Shown one piece after another: positions 49,686 through 57,654 of a stretch of DNA of 64,000 nucleotides. The stretch's first letter is position 1. Each line of letters begins with the position of its first letter. The stretch is from a phage. The position numbers were made by a program, and so were the translations under genes. Location: NCBI GenBank assembly GCA_012441205.1, contig GCA_012441205.1_4705.1, one strand, 5' to 3'. The notes beneath the pieces are model-generated. The model saw nothing but the letters and a program-made list of their open reading frames with translations, was not told where the DNA came from and searched no databases.

Positions 49686-50915
49686 TCACTTCAGAAGCTT
49701 AGACATCGCCATGCTTCGCGCCTTCGCAACGTCATACGCATCCATGATCGCGTCACCGATAGCGGTATGACGGATCAACGGAATACCCATATCTGGATAC
49801 TCTTTGGTACCTAAGATGGATACCGGTTTGTCTTGATATGCGGCAATCATCGAACGGATATCCTGAACCTGGTTATAACGACAAACTGGCTTAAAGCCTG
49901 CTTTACGGAACCAATGCTCTAATTGAGGCCAATCTGTTTCACCGCGAGCAAGATAATAGAAGGTATCCTTACCGTAGTAATCAGTAAACACTTCACGAAT
50001 TGTGTTAATAAACTCGTTTACTTCGGCGATGGCTTCTTTATAATCCATCACTTTACTATGTTGAAAACAATAGTCACGCGCTTCCTTCGGTGCTTTGGTT
50101 TGCCACCATTCTACCGTTGATTCACTGATACGACCACCGTCGGCGATTTGACCGTGAACGTCAGGGAAGATATCTATACGTGGACCGTTAGCGATGGATT
50201 CCGGATTAGCTAGATCAAAGAACACCATACCGATTTCCAGCAGTACCCCGTTCTTTTCCAGACTGAGATTCTCAACATCCAGACAAAAAGCGGGTTTCTC
50301 TACCGTTGAAAGATCAAAACGTCCCTCATATCGTGGTGCTGGCTCGGCACCAAGGAACGTCTCTCGGATGAACTGTGAGAATGTTATATTCTCTGCTACT
50401 AAATCAATACCCAATTTACTTAACAAAGGTATAAGTTCACGATCGTTCTGCTGAATTAGCAACATTACTTGGTCGTTGACACAACAACTAATTGAGTAAA
50501 AGAGATGAACGATATCTAACGGTTTGTACGGAGCCTCAAAAATATGTGTCCGGAACGATTGGGCTAGCGCCTTATGCGTTTCTTCGCGATGATTCATCAG
50601 TCGGTAAATAGCGCAGCGCAGATAATGTCGAAGTGTTATCTCGTGAAGATGTGACGTATCTTCTTGAAATAACGTCATGAAACCGTGATATGTATAATAC
50701 TCTCCTCTTTTAATTTCTTCGTGGAGTTCTTTGTTCCCCTTTATTTCTTCTGGTGTTATCGGGTCGATCTGATCATGGATAACGTTGAGTAGATCATCGC
50801 CGTGTACCTTAAACAGTTTTTCAACGTCAAGATTAGGTAATGTCGCAATCGCCGCGTACATTAATGTTTCTGCGGGATTAAGTTCTTTATTGTCGATTGT
50901 GATGGTTAAAGCCAT
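49686..50915 (-). CDS. protein with C-terminal DEDDh-type 3'-5' exonuclease domain (about 409 aa)
   Basis: FCLDVENLSLEKNG (Exo I-like D..E) and HTAIGDAIMDAYDV (Exo III H-x-A-x-x-D); N-terminal half unassigned. Confidence 0.5.
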   Translation of the reverse strand: MALTITIDNKELNPAETLMYAAIATLPNLDVEKLFKVHGDDLLNVIHDQIDPITPEEIKGNKELHEEIKRGEYYTYHGFMTLFQEDTSHLHEITLRHYLRCAIYRLMNHREETHKALAQSFRTHIFEAPYKPLDIVHLFYSISCCVNDQVMLLIQQNDRELIPLLSKLGIDLVAENITFSQFIRETFLGAEPAPRYEGRFDLSTVEKPAFCLDVENLSLEKNGVLLEIGMVFFDLANPESIANGPRIDIFPDVHGQIADGGRISESTVEWWQTKAPKEARDYCFQHSKVMDYKEAIAEVNEFINTIREVFTDYYGKDTFYYLARGETDWPQLEHWFRKAGFKPVCRYNQVQDIRSMIAAYQDKPVSILGTKEYPDMGIPLIRHTAIGDAIMDAYDVAKARSMAMSKLLK

Positions 50916-50959
50916 TTTATTATACCTCATCGAAATCAAATTAGTTCAGTTCTGGTTTA

Positions 50960-51295
50960 TCATTCCGGTCTATCAGCAGCCAGACCAAGTCCAGTCAGCA
51001 TCACGTAGTCGTACCAAGCTTTTACTTTTGCTTTCGCCTCATCTAAACTGAATGCGTTGATGTGCGGAAACTCATCGTTGACCGGGAAAGGTAAATCGCA
51101 GTCGTAGCTTGTATAGTCTTTCCAACCTTTCCATTCGATAGTTAGAGAACCAAAAACGGTCTCAGCGACAACATGGTTATAGCGACATTCTTCACACGGC
51201 GAGCGCTCTTCCGACCAAACAAGCTCATGCTGCGCTAAAAGTTGTTGTATGACCGATAACGGCTGCTCTTCATTAAGTTCGATGCTGTCTATCAT
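50960..51295 (-). CDS. hypothetical protein (111 aa)
   Basis: ORF. Confidence 0.5.
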   Translation of the reverse strand: MIDSIELNEEQPLSVIQQLLAQHELVWSEERSPCEECRYNHVVAETVFGSLTIEWKGWKDYTSYDCDLPFPVNDEFPHINAFSLDEAKAKVKAWYDYVMLTGLGLAADRPE

Positions 51296-51888
51296 CGTAT
51301 ACCCTCCTTTTCCTTATCGTAATCGCTGCAAATATTGACAAACGCAGTATTATCAGACAGCGTGGCGACCATCTGACGGATTGCGTCCAACGGTTCAAGT
51401 TTAGGATTGATTGATTCACCGGTCAACGCGCTTATTGCTCGTGTGATCTCAACCAAATCAACGTTCGGGTCATTATCATCGATGATGAGCAGACTCTTCG
51501 CCGGTTTCTGACGACGTTTGACGATCAACAAATACGTGATGAGGTTCTCACGCCAAGCGTCAGAATCCAGATTGCGTATTACGGTTAACGCACGACGCTC
51601 TTCCGCCCATGATGGTTTCTCACGGATAACAGGCATGTAAGATAACTGCTCAGCAAGTCCTTTCAAACTGACACGGTTGGTACCACCAGGATGCTCACTA
51701 ATCCGCAACATCTCGGTTAACAGACGGACATAGGCGGCTGTTGTCGAAACACCCCTCAACGGCAGGAACACATTATATCCTGGGACACCATCGTGACTCA
51801 GCGGTGCGATATACGCCATGAATCGCCGAATATCATCATCGGTCTGTTCTCCAGCAACGAACTTAAACGCTTCACGTAAAACGCTCAC
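51292..51888 (-). CDS. hypothetical protein (198 aa)
   Basis: ORF; ATGA overlap. Confidence 0.5.
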   Translation of the reverse strand: MSVLREAFKFVAGEQTDDDIRRFMAYIAPLSHDGVPGYNVFLPLRGVSTTAAYVRLLTEMLRISEHPGGTNRVSLKGLAEQLSYMPVIREKPSWAEERRALTVIRNLDSDAWRENLITYLLIVKRRQKPAKSLLIIDDNDPNVDLVEITRAISALTGESINPKLEPLDAIRQMVATLSDNTAFVNICSDYDKEKEGIR

Positions 51889-52174
51889 TATGAAGTCTCC
51901 TTAATGTTTCTTGTATACGCAGTCTCTCCGGCAGGTACAGACGTTTGTATAGATCAATTAACAGATAACGCATAACGGAAGCAACCACCAGGTATTCACC
52001 TTCAGCTTCCGAATAACGTATCATGTTAATTGGGTAGTTCAAATAAGAATAAGAAAAGAGATCATCGTTGGTAAGGTGATGATCTTCAAGATACTGACGA
52101 AACAATTTTGCTAAGGCATCGTACTCCATTCCGTAGTAACACAACGACACCTGTCTTGCAGATAGTCGTTTCAT
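51872..52174 (-). CDS. hypothetical protein (100 aa)
   Basis: ORF. Confidence 0.45.
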   Translation of the reverse strand: MKRLSARQVSLCYYGMEYDALAKLFRQYLEDHHLTNDDLFSYSYLNYPINMIRYSEAEGEYLVVASVMRYLLIDLYKRLYLPERLRIQETLRRLHSERFT

Positions 52175-53013
52175 GCTGGGTTACCTTTTAGTTTTCCACG
52201 TATCATGTCGACAACGCGTGAGGGATCAGAAATAACATTGGCGATAAGATGATCGATAGGTAGGTCGAGAATGATATTCTTCAGCTGGAAAGCCGTATCT
52301 TTACGACGCACGCCGTAGAACACGCCATCTTTAAACACAACCTCGTACGAAATGGGGAGCTGGCTAATAACCGTGTTAGCGTAATCACCCAACCACATCG
52401 ACCCCGCCATCAGATGCGCACAAACCGCATGACTAATACGCACATCTTTGTTCTTCCGGCTAACGTCTTTGGTTTTCGACATGGTAACCAGAAGCTCACC
52501 GATCTTACTCAGCATATCGTCGTATACCCCAAAGAACTTAATCAGTTGTCGGGCACCTAACGATATATATGTTTCTCGTGGTAAGACACAACACACCTGC
52601 GGTAACGTTCCAACCCCATAGACACAACTGTGTGGCGATAATGGGAGCAAATCAGCAACCGCGTTCTTGATGTTGTTATACTCAACGATATCGTTGAACG
52701 GTGAAAGGCCTTTCGTAATCGGTTTATCGAGCGTTACATCAAACTCCGCGAATGTCCATGCTGCTTTACGGGTTTCCCCCTTCTGGTACGGTGGAGCCAA
52801 TACCGCAACAACGCGAAGCCGATATTCGTGGGTATCACGTAGCTTAAGTTGTATACCATCATCGTCGCCTTTACGCACCAGTAGGTAGCGGCTCGCACAA
52901 CCATCGCAGACCACCGTTGGTTCATGTTGACCGTATGCTGCAAGCATCGGTTTACTAAGATCTTTATCGCAATGACCGCAGCGATGATCCTGTTCCTGAT
53001 AACTGATTTTCAC
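52171..53013 (-). CDS. zinc-ribbon protein (280 aa)
   Basis: N-terminal CGHC...CDGC. Confidence 0.55.
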   Translation of the reverse strand: MKISYQEQDHRCGHCDKDLSKPMLAAYGQHEPTVVCDGCASRYLLVRKGDDDGIQLKLRDTHEYRLRVVAVLAPPYQKGETRKAAWTFAEFDVTLDKPITKGLSPFNDIVEYNNIKNAVADLLPLSPHSCVYGVGTLPQVCCVLPRETYISLGARQLIKFFGVYDDMLSKIGELLVTMSKTKDVSRKNKDVRISHAVCAHLMAGSMWLGDYANTVISQLPISYEVVFKDGVFYGVRRKDTAFQLKNIILDLPIDHLIANVISDPSRVVDMIRGKLKGNPA

Positions 53014-53029
53014 GTTGTCAACTCCCTTA

Positions 53030-53992
53030 TTAGTGAAGTACGCGATTGGTAGGAACGGTCACCGAACCGCAAGGGTTCAGATTCGTTGTTTCACGATCTG
53101 GGCTGAAACGGCGACTATTTTCTTCGTGATGTTTAACCGGATCGTCTTGCATCACGATTTCGATAGCTTCCTCAAACGACAGTTCCCGGTATCCGGCACG
53201 ATACAAGAACAACGGCCCGTCGGTTTCCAAACCCTCCACAAAACCCTTCGATAACCAAACACTACCATCGGCACTGTAAAGAATGGGTTCGACATCATAA
53301 TCGAAAACGTATTGGTACCAGTAATTAAACAGTTGGGCGATCCAACGATTGCGCAATAAATAATCGATTACTACAGCACTTTGTAGAATATGACTCCAGA
53401 TTATCTTTTCATTTTCCGTCTTCTGTAATAGCACACCACTTGTTGCTTGATGTACAGTGTACTTAAACAACCAAGCAAGGTTGGTGGCAAAAGCTGCAGC
53501 CAGATTTATATCTGGGAAATAACGTGCGGGTAAAACCAGATGTGGACGGTAAGCAGCAATCAGCGCTTCGTTAACTTCATCGCCTTCGACACAGATAACT
53601 CCATTTGTGGTCAGATGCCCCTGGTTCAATGATTGATCGATATAAAGATTACCTATCATTTCAACATGTTCAGTGCTTCCTAGAGGCAGTTCCGACATAA
53701 ATCGATCAAGGTCGACCTCTAACGTCGTGTTTACGACAAACGGATTGACCGGCCGGTTTAAATTAGGAAAAGTAATCGACCAAACCGCCTCGTGCTTCTC
53801 ATCAGCACTAACAAAGGAAACCCGGCGTTCAGCGTCACAATCGAGAACATAAGGTCTTAGTGTTTGATGACAATTCGAACAAACGTAACGGGCATCACGG
53901 ATAGGTGTGCTCGATATTACTTCGTAACGAATGGATGAAAGCGGGATTTCACATTCACAATGCGGGCACTCATTTTTGATGGTTATTTTCAT
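53030..53992 (-). CDS. zinc-ribbon protein (320 aa)
   Basis: N-terminal CPHC...CSNC. Confidence 0.55.
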   Translation of the reverse strand: MKITIKNECPHCECEIPLSSIRYEVISSTPIRDARYVCSNCHQTLRPYVLDCDAERRVSFVSADEKHEAVWSITFPNLNRPVNPFVVNTTLEVDLDRFMSELPLGSTEHVEMIGNLYIDQSLNQGHLTTNGVICVEGDEVNEALIAAYRPHLVLPARYFPDINLAAAFATNLAWLFKYTVHQATSGVLLQKTENEKIIWSHILQSAVVIDYLLRNRWIAQLFNYWYQYVFDYDVEPILYSADGSVWLSKGFVEGLETDGPLFLYRAGYRELSFEEAIEIVMQDDPVKHHEENSRRFSPDRETTNLNPCGSVTVPTNRVLH

Positions 53993-54222
53993 TGTTGAAT
54001 TCCTTTTGATAAGAATAACTGAATATCGGTAAATTGTTCTTCAGGAACATCGTCGGCAGCCGTTAGAACCTTAGGGCCATGTTCGTTGAGGTAAGCTTCC
54101 CGTTGAAGATGATAAAGTCGATTGGCTTCTTGGAACTCAGTGTCTATCATGTAAACCAGCGTAAACTTCGAACGTTTATTCGGATTATATCTCTTATTAC
54201 GTTTCTTTGGTTTCTTCGTCAT
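53989..54222 (-). CDS. small basic protein (about 77 aa)
   Basis: track ORF start lies inside a hairpin; ATG at 54222 has ACGAGG SD. Confidence 0.4.
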   Translation of the reverse strand: MTKKPKKRNKRYNPNKRSKFTLVYMIDTEFQEANRLYHLQREAYLNEHGPKVLTAADDVPEEQFTDIQLFLSKGIQQ

Positions 54223-54233
54223 AATAGCCTCGT

Positions 54234-54263
54234 GAAGGTGGATGGGTACACCCATCCACCTTC
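54234..54263 (-). terminator. hairpin after CDS 54271..54792
   Basis: 13-bp stem GAAGGTGGATGGGT/CCCATCCACCTTC; no U-tract. Confidence 0.35.
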
Positions 54264-54270
54264 CTCCATG

Positions 54271-54792
54271 TTAAAGTGCGTTCAATTCTTCAGGTGTACG
54301 TACGGTACGCGTGTTGGGATCAACCATTGCTGGCACACCCGCTGGACATTTACGGACATCGATCCGCATCTCCGGCTCGATCGGACGAACGCGATACGTT
54401 TTGCCGTCATCGGTTAACACCGAAATGGTCAACGCTTGGTTCAATTCACTAACGAAGTTCACCAAACGCTGTTGTCCGCCCTTCGACCAGAAGTTAAGAT
54501 CGGTTTCTCCATTGAAATAACTGATTCCTTCCGCGGTTCCAATCGTGATTTTAACGATACCCGGATAGTCACGAAGAAGAGGTGCCTGATAACCTTCATC
54601 TTCCGTATCCAGTTTTACCCACGCGCCTCCCGTAGACAAACAGTTAACTTCCAAGGCGGTTGGTGCGCTGACTTCCGCCGATGACCAGGTATACATCGTG
54701 CCTAGTTTAGCGTGTCCGGTTTCCAGCTCGCTGTAATCCCAAGCATGTGCTGATGCCGTAATAAATAAAGCCGCAAGAAACAACTTTTTCAT
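54271..54792 (-). CDS. secreted protein (173 aa)
   Basis: signal peptide MKKLFLAALFITASAHA. Confidence 0.55.
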   Translation of the reverse strand: MKKLFLAALFITASAHAWDYSELETGHAKLGTMYTWSSAEVSAPTALEVNCLSTGGAWVKLDTEDEGYQAPLLRDYPGIVKITIGTAEGISYFNGETDLNFWSKGGQQRLVNFVSELNQALTISVLTDDGKTYRVRPIEPEMRIDVRKCPAGVPAMVDPNTRTVRTPEELNAL

Positions 54793-54847
54793 TCTTTTCG
54801 ATTCCTATTAAAAGTGACCGATTTCTGTGGTCGAGATTGCTAATAAA

Positions 54848-55309
54848 TTAATTCCGGTTTTGTTTCCGTATTGCACGGTTACGTTTACGTTCTTGGTCTT
54901 TGATGGCACCAAGAAACTTCTTTAATTCCGACGGTTCAAGCGTACCCTCACGTACCACACCGTTTTGTTCGATATGGTACGACCAATAACCAACTTCAGC
55001 CGTTAAGGATAACGTTGTCGGCTGCTCATCGGGTAACGATCGGGGTGAGAAAATAAAGAGTAATTCAAAAGGCGTTTCTCGGCTGATGATGGGACGGATA
55101 CTAACATCAAGCCCCTCCCATCGCTGAGGTTTAAATATTCCTCCAGCCGCGACGATTGTCTCCGAGCGTTGTTCTACAAGCTCGGCTAATTCACGATCGT
55201 CATTGAAATAAATATCGTGAAGGATATCCGTATCGATAAAAAACCCGCGATCCGAATCGTGACGAACAATGGAATTCTTCATTCTAACGCCTTTGTTGTT
55301 TGTTTTCAT
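54848..55309 (-). CDS. hypothetical protein (153 aa; start uncertain)
   Basis: ORF. Confidence 0.5.
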   Translation of the reverse strand: MKTNNKGVRMKNSIVRHDSDRGFFIDTDILHDIYFNDDRELAELVEQRSETIVAAGGIFKPQRWEGLDVSIRPIISRETPFELLFIFSPRSLPDEQPTTLSLTAEVGYWSYHIEQNGVVREGTLEPSELKKFLGAIKDQERKRNRAIRKQNRN

Positions 55310-55358
55310 GTCCTATACGAACATGAAAAACCGTTAATTTTTACCATAGCCGCATGCG

Positions 55359-55634
55359 TTAAAATTCCACACCGCGACCTGTCATCGACGAAGGAACCGC
55401 TCGATAATAGAAGTAGATGTAATGGTCACGATGGCTAAAATAGTTTTTGCAAGCATAGAACTCTCCAGATCCAATGAATGATTTAATACGTGTAACTTGA
55501 GGGTGTCGTGCGATTAACGCCTGTATGACGATTTCCATTTGGTGTGCGCTCAAGCCTGGTCGAGCTGCAACATGATAATGAAGCTCCCTAAGAAATTGTT
55601 TCCAGGGGTCGTGGTGTGTCGATGATCGAGACAT
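55359..55634 (-). CDS. hypothetical protein (91 aa)
   Basis: ORF with AAGGAG SD. Confidence 0.5.
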   Translation of the reverse strand: MSRSSTHHDPWKQFLRELHYHVAARPGLSAHQMEIVIQALIARHPQVTRIKSFIGSGEFYACKNYFSHRDHYIYFYYRAVPSSMTGRGVEF

Positions 55635-55664
55635 CTTTATCTCCTTAACATGTGTTGGTAACGC

Positions 55665-55690
55665 AGCATAAACCCTCCCCGAAGGGAGGG
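55665..55690 (-). terminator. intrinsic terminator after CDS 55701..56258
   Basis: CCCTCCC-TTCG-GGGAGGG followed by TTTAT on minus strand. Confidence 0.5.
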
Positions 55691-55700
55691 TGGTTGACGA

Positions 55701-56258
55701 TTACTCCATCCATACTTCTTCGTCGTAATGATTTTCTATCGCATTACGCCAAAAACGTACGGTGTCCAAACTAATCGGTGCGTAAAAATGTTGGTCAACG
55801 CCGACGTTAAGTCCGTTGGCCTTCGCTAACATACAACGATGAATATGCCCGAATAGATTAAAGTAGCCTGGGTTTCTTTCGCTGGGTTTATGGCATAGCC
55901 AGTAGGATTCGTCATTGCTAATCGGCAACACCAACGGATGTTCATAAACAGCAGCAAACCCCATACCGAGCAGTTTATCACGCCACGCTTCGAAGCTTAA
56001 TCCTGTCGCTTTGTATGCGTCTTCGTCCCAATTCCCCATTACCAATTGAACCTGGATATCAGAACGAATGGCTTCAATGAACTCGAACTTGCCCCAATCA
56101 CCCAGATGCCATAACACACTGTTCTTTGGAAGATTGTTGATGGCTTTCAGCATATGCTGGTTCATATCGGCGACGCTTGCGAACGGACGGCGTGAATACG
56201 TCCATGTACGCTCGCTATCAAAATGGGTATCCGACATAAAGAAGATGGGTGGGGTCAT
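55701..56258 (-). CDS. calcineurin-like metallophosphoesterase (185 aa)
   Basis: motifs SDTHFD, GDWG, GNWDE, GHIH. Confidence 0.7.
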   Translation of the reverse strand: MTPPIFFMSDTHFDSERTWTYSRRPFASVADMNQHMLKAINNLPKNSVLWHLGDWGKFEFIEAIRSDIQVQLVMGNWDEDAYKATGLSFEAWRDKLLGMGFAAVYEHPLVLPISNDESYWLCHKPSERNPGYFNLFGHIHRCMLAKANGLNVGVDQHFYAPISLDTVRFWRNAIENHYDEEVWME

Positions 56259-56737
56259 TGATCTAATTGCTCCAGAAATGCACGACCCGATTTACTTGCT
56301 TTTAAATGCTGTTCTGCGGAAATAAGCAGAAGATCGGTTGGCGTGAACGCAGCGCTACCTTTCCACTCTGTTTTCAGTTTACCCTCTTCGATACTGAACT
56401 GAATCAGTTGTTGGGTACCGAAGTTAAGCGTGTTCGTCGCGGCGCTAAATACGCCACCCATCATGCTGTAACCAAAGACTTTCACGTTTTCCGTGTAGAA
56501 GTCATTGTCGATCAATTTGTTCTGGAGCTCGAGTTGGTCGGACGGCAGCAATCCTCCGTCAAAGACACTTAAAATACCAGCCAGGCGATACATACTCACC
56601 TTTCCTGAAACGCCCACCACGTAATTGCCGTACAGTGTTTCTTCCAGTTTAGCAACAACGGTGCGATCGTCGGAGGTTTTCATCGAAACCTCAATACCAT
56701 CACCAACTTCTGTTAACGTTAAATCAACGATACTCAT
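56255..56737 (-). CDS. hypothetical protein (160 aa)
   Basis: ORF; ATGA overlap. Confidence 0.5.
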   Translation of the reverse strand: MSIVDLTLTEVGDGIEVSMKTSDDRTVVAKLEETLYGNYVVGVSGKVSMYRLAGILSVFDGGLLPSDQLELQNKLIDNDFYTENVKVFGYSMMGGVFSAATNTLNFGTQQLIQFSIEEGKLKTEWKGSAAFTPTDLLLISAEQHLKASKSGRAFLEQLDQ

Positions 56738-56759
56738 TCATTATTCTCCGCTTTCATGT

Positions 56760-57446
56760 TTAACACATGATTTCACCATGTTTCTTTTCAACATACGTAT
56801 AAACATCATCCAAATAAGCAATGAGTTTATCACGATCCGCACAGAGCGATTTAATCATCGCAATCTCTTTCATATAAAGCTGCTGACCTAACGCCGGATA
56901 GGTAATCCAAGCGTAGCCGTCAGGCGCAAATTTAGAAATAAGATAATCGGCGGTTTCCTGTAATGCGAACTCTTTGCTCATCTGGCCGTAACGATGTTCG
57001 ATTGCACGGATACCAAAACGTTCGCTATCGAGACGGCCCATATCCGCCAGACGAAGCACTTGAGAGGCAACCGAACTACGTGGACCAGAATACGAGGCAC
57101 GATGTTCAGCAATAAGTACGCGTATCTCCTCGATGTCTTCCGGTGTGAAAATATGCTGCTCGTTACGAAGCAGGATAACCGATGCACGAATACCCCCGAT
57201 AAGGTGGTGGTATGTTCTGTTTTCGTGGCAAGCGATATCATGCATAAATGCAGCGGTTAATAGACGACGACGTTCCGTGGGTCTGATGATCCCAACCACA
57301 TCAGCAAGTTCATTTGCCAGTTCAACAACGGCAAGCACATGTTCTTCTTGATGTGCAAGATCGTTCTTCCGAATATTTTCAATTACTTCAGCGCGAGTTT
57401 CCCGAGATAAGAAATTTAAACAATCCAACGAATATAAAGATTTCAT
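56760..57446 (-). CDS. HD-domain phosphohydrolase (228 aa)
   Basis: H...HD motif (EEHVLAV...FMHDIACHE). Confidence 0.6.
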   Translation of the reverse strand: MKSLYSLDCLNFLSRETRAEVIENIRKNDLAHQEEHVLAVVELANELADVVGIIRPTERRRLLTAAFMHDIACHENRTYHHLIGGIRASVILLRNEQHIFTPEDIEEIRVLIAEHRASYSGPRSSVASQVLRLADMGRLDSERFGIRAIEHRYGQMSKEFALQETADYLISKFAPDGYAWITYPALGQQLYMKEIAMIKSLCADRDKLIAYLDDVYTYVEKKHGEIMC

Positions 57447-57487
57447 TGCACGTACCTCTTTGAATCTATTAATAAATTTTCTTTACT

Positions 57488-57511
57488 CACGTAAGTAATA
57501 TAGCCGTGAAA
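57488..57511 (-). promoter_or_regulatory. conserved promoter-like motif, copy 3 (TTTCACGGCTATATTACTTACGTG on minus strand)
   Basis: 22 of 24 nt identical to copy 2; 42-65 nt upstream of the HD-domain gene start. Confidence 0.4.
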
Positions 57512-57590
57512 GGATTTGTGTTGGTCCGTTTCGATACCCATCGTATTTTATGGATTGTCGAATGACGTCATTTTAAGGGACATCCCCGGC

Positions 57591-57626
57591 CTCCTCCCCA
57601 GGAAAGGTGTGGGGAGGAGTTTTTAT
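57591..57626 (+). terminator. hairpin plus T-run on plus strand, in the divergent intergenic region
   Basis: CTCCTCCCCA-ggaaaggtg-TGGGGAGGAG then TTTTTA. Confidence 0.35.
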
Positions 57627-57654
57627 CATACATTCTATTAAATCGAGCGCGATT

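Noticed and set aside
57607-57654. GTG at 57607 as the helicase start codon
   Set aside because: It lies inside the stem of the 57591..57626 hairpin and has no SD; the in-frame ATG at 57655 is preferred, with moderate confidence.
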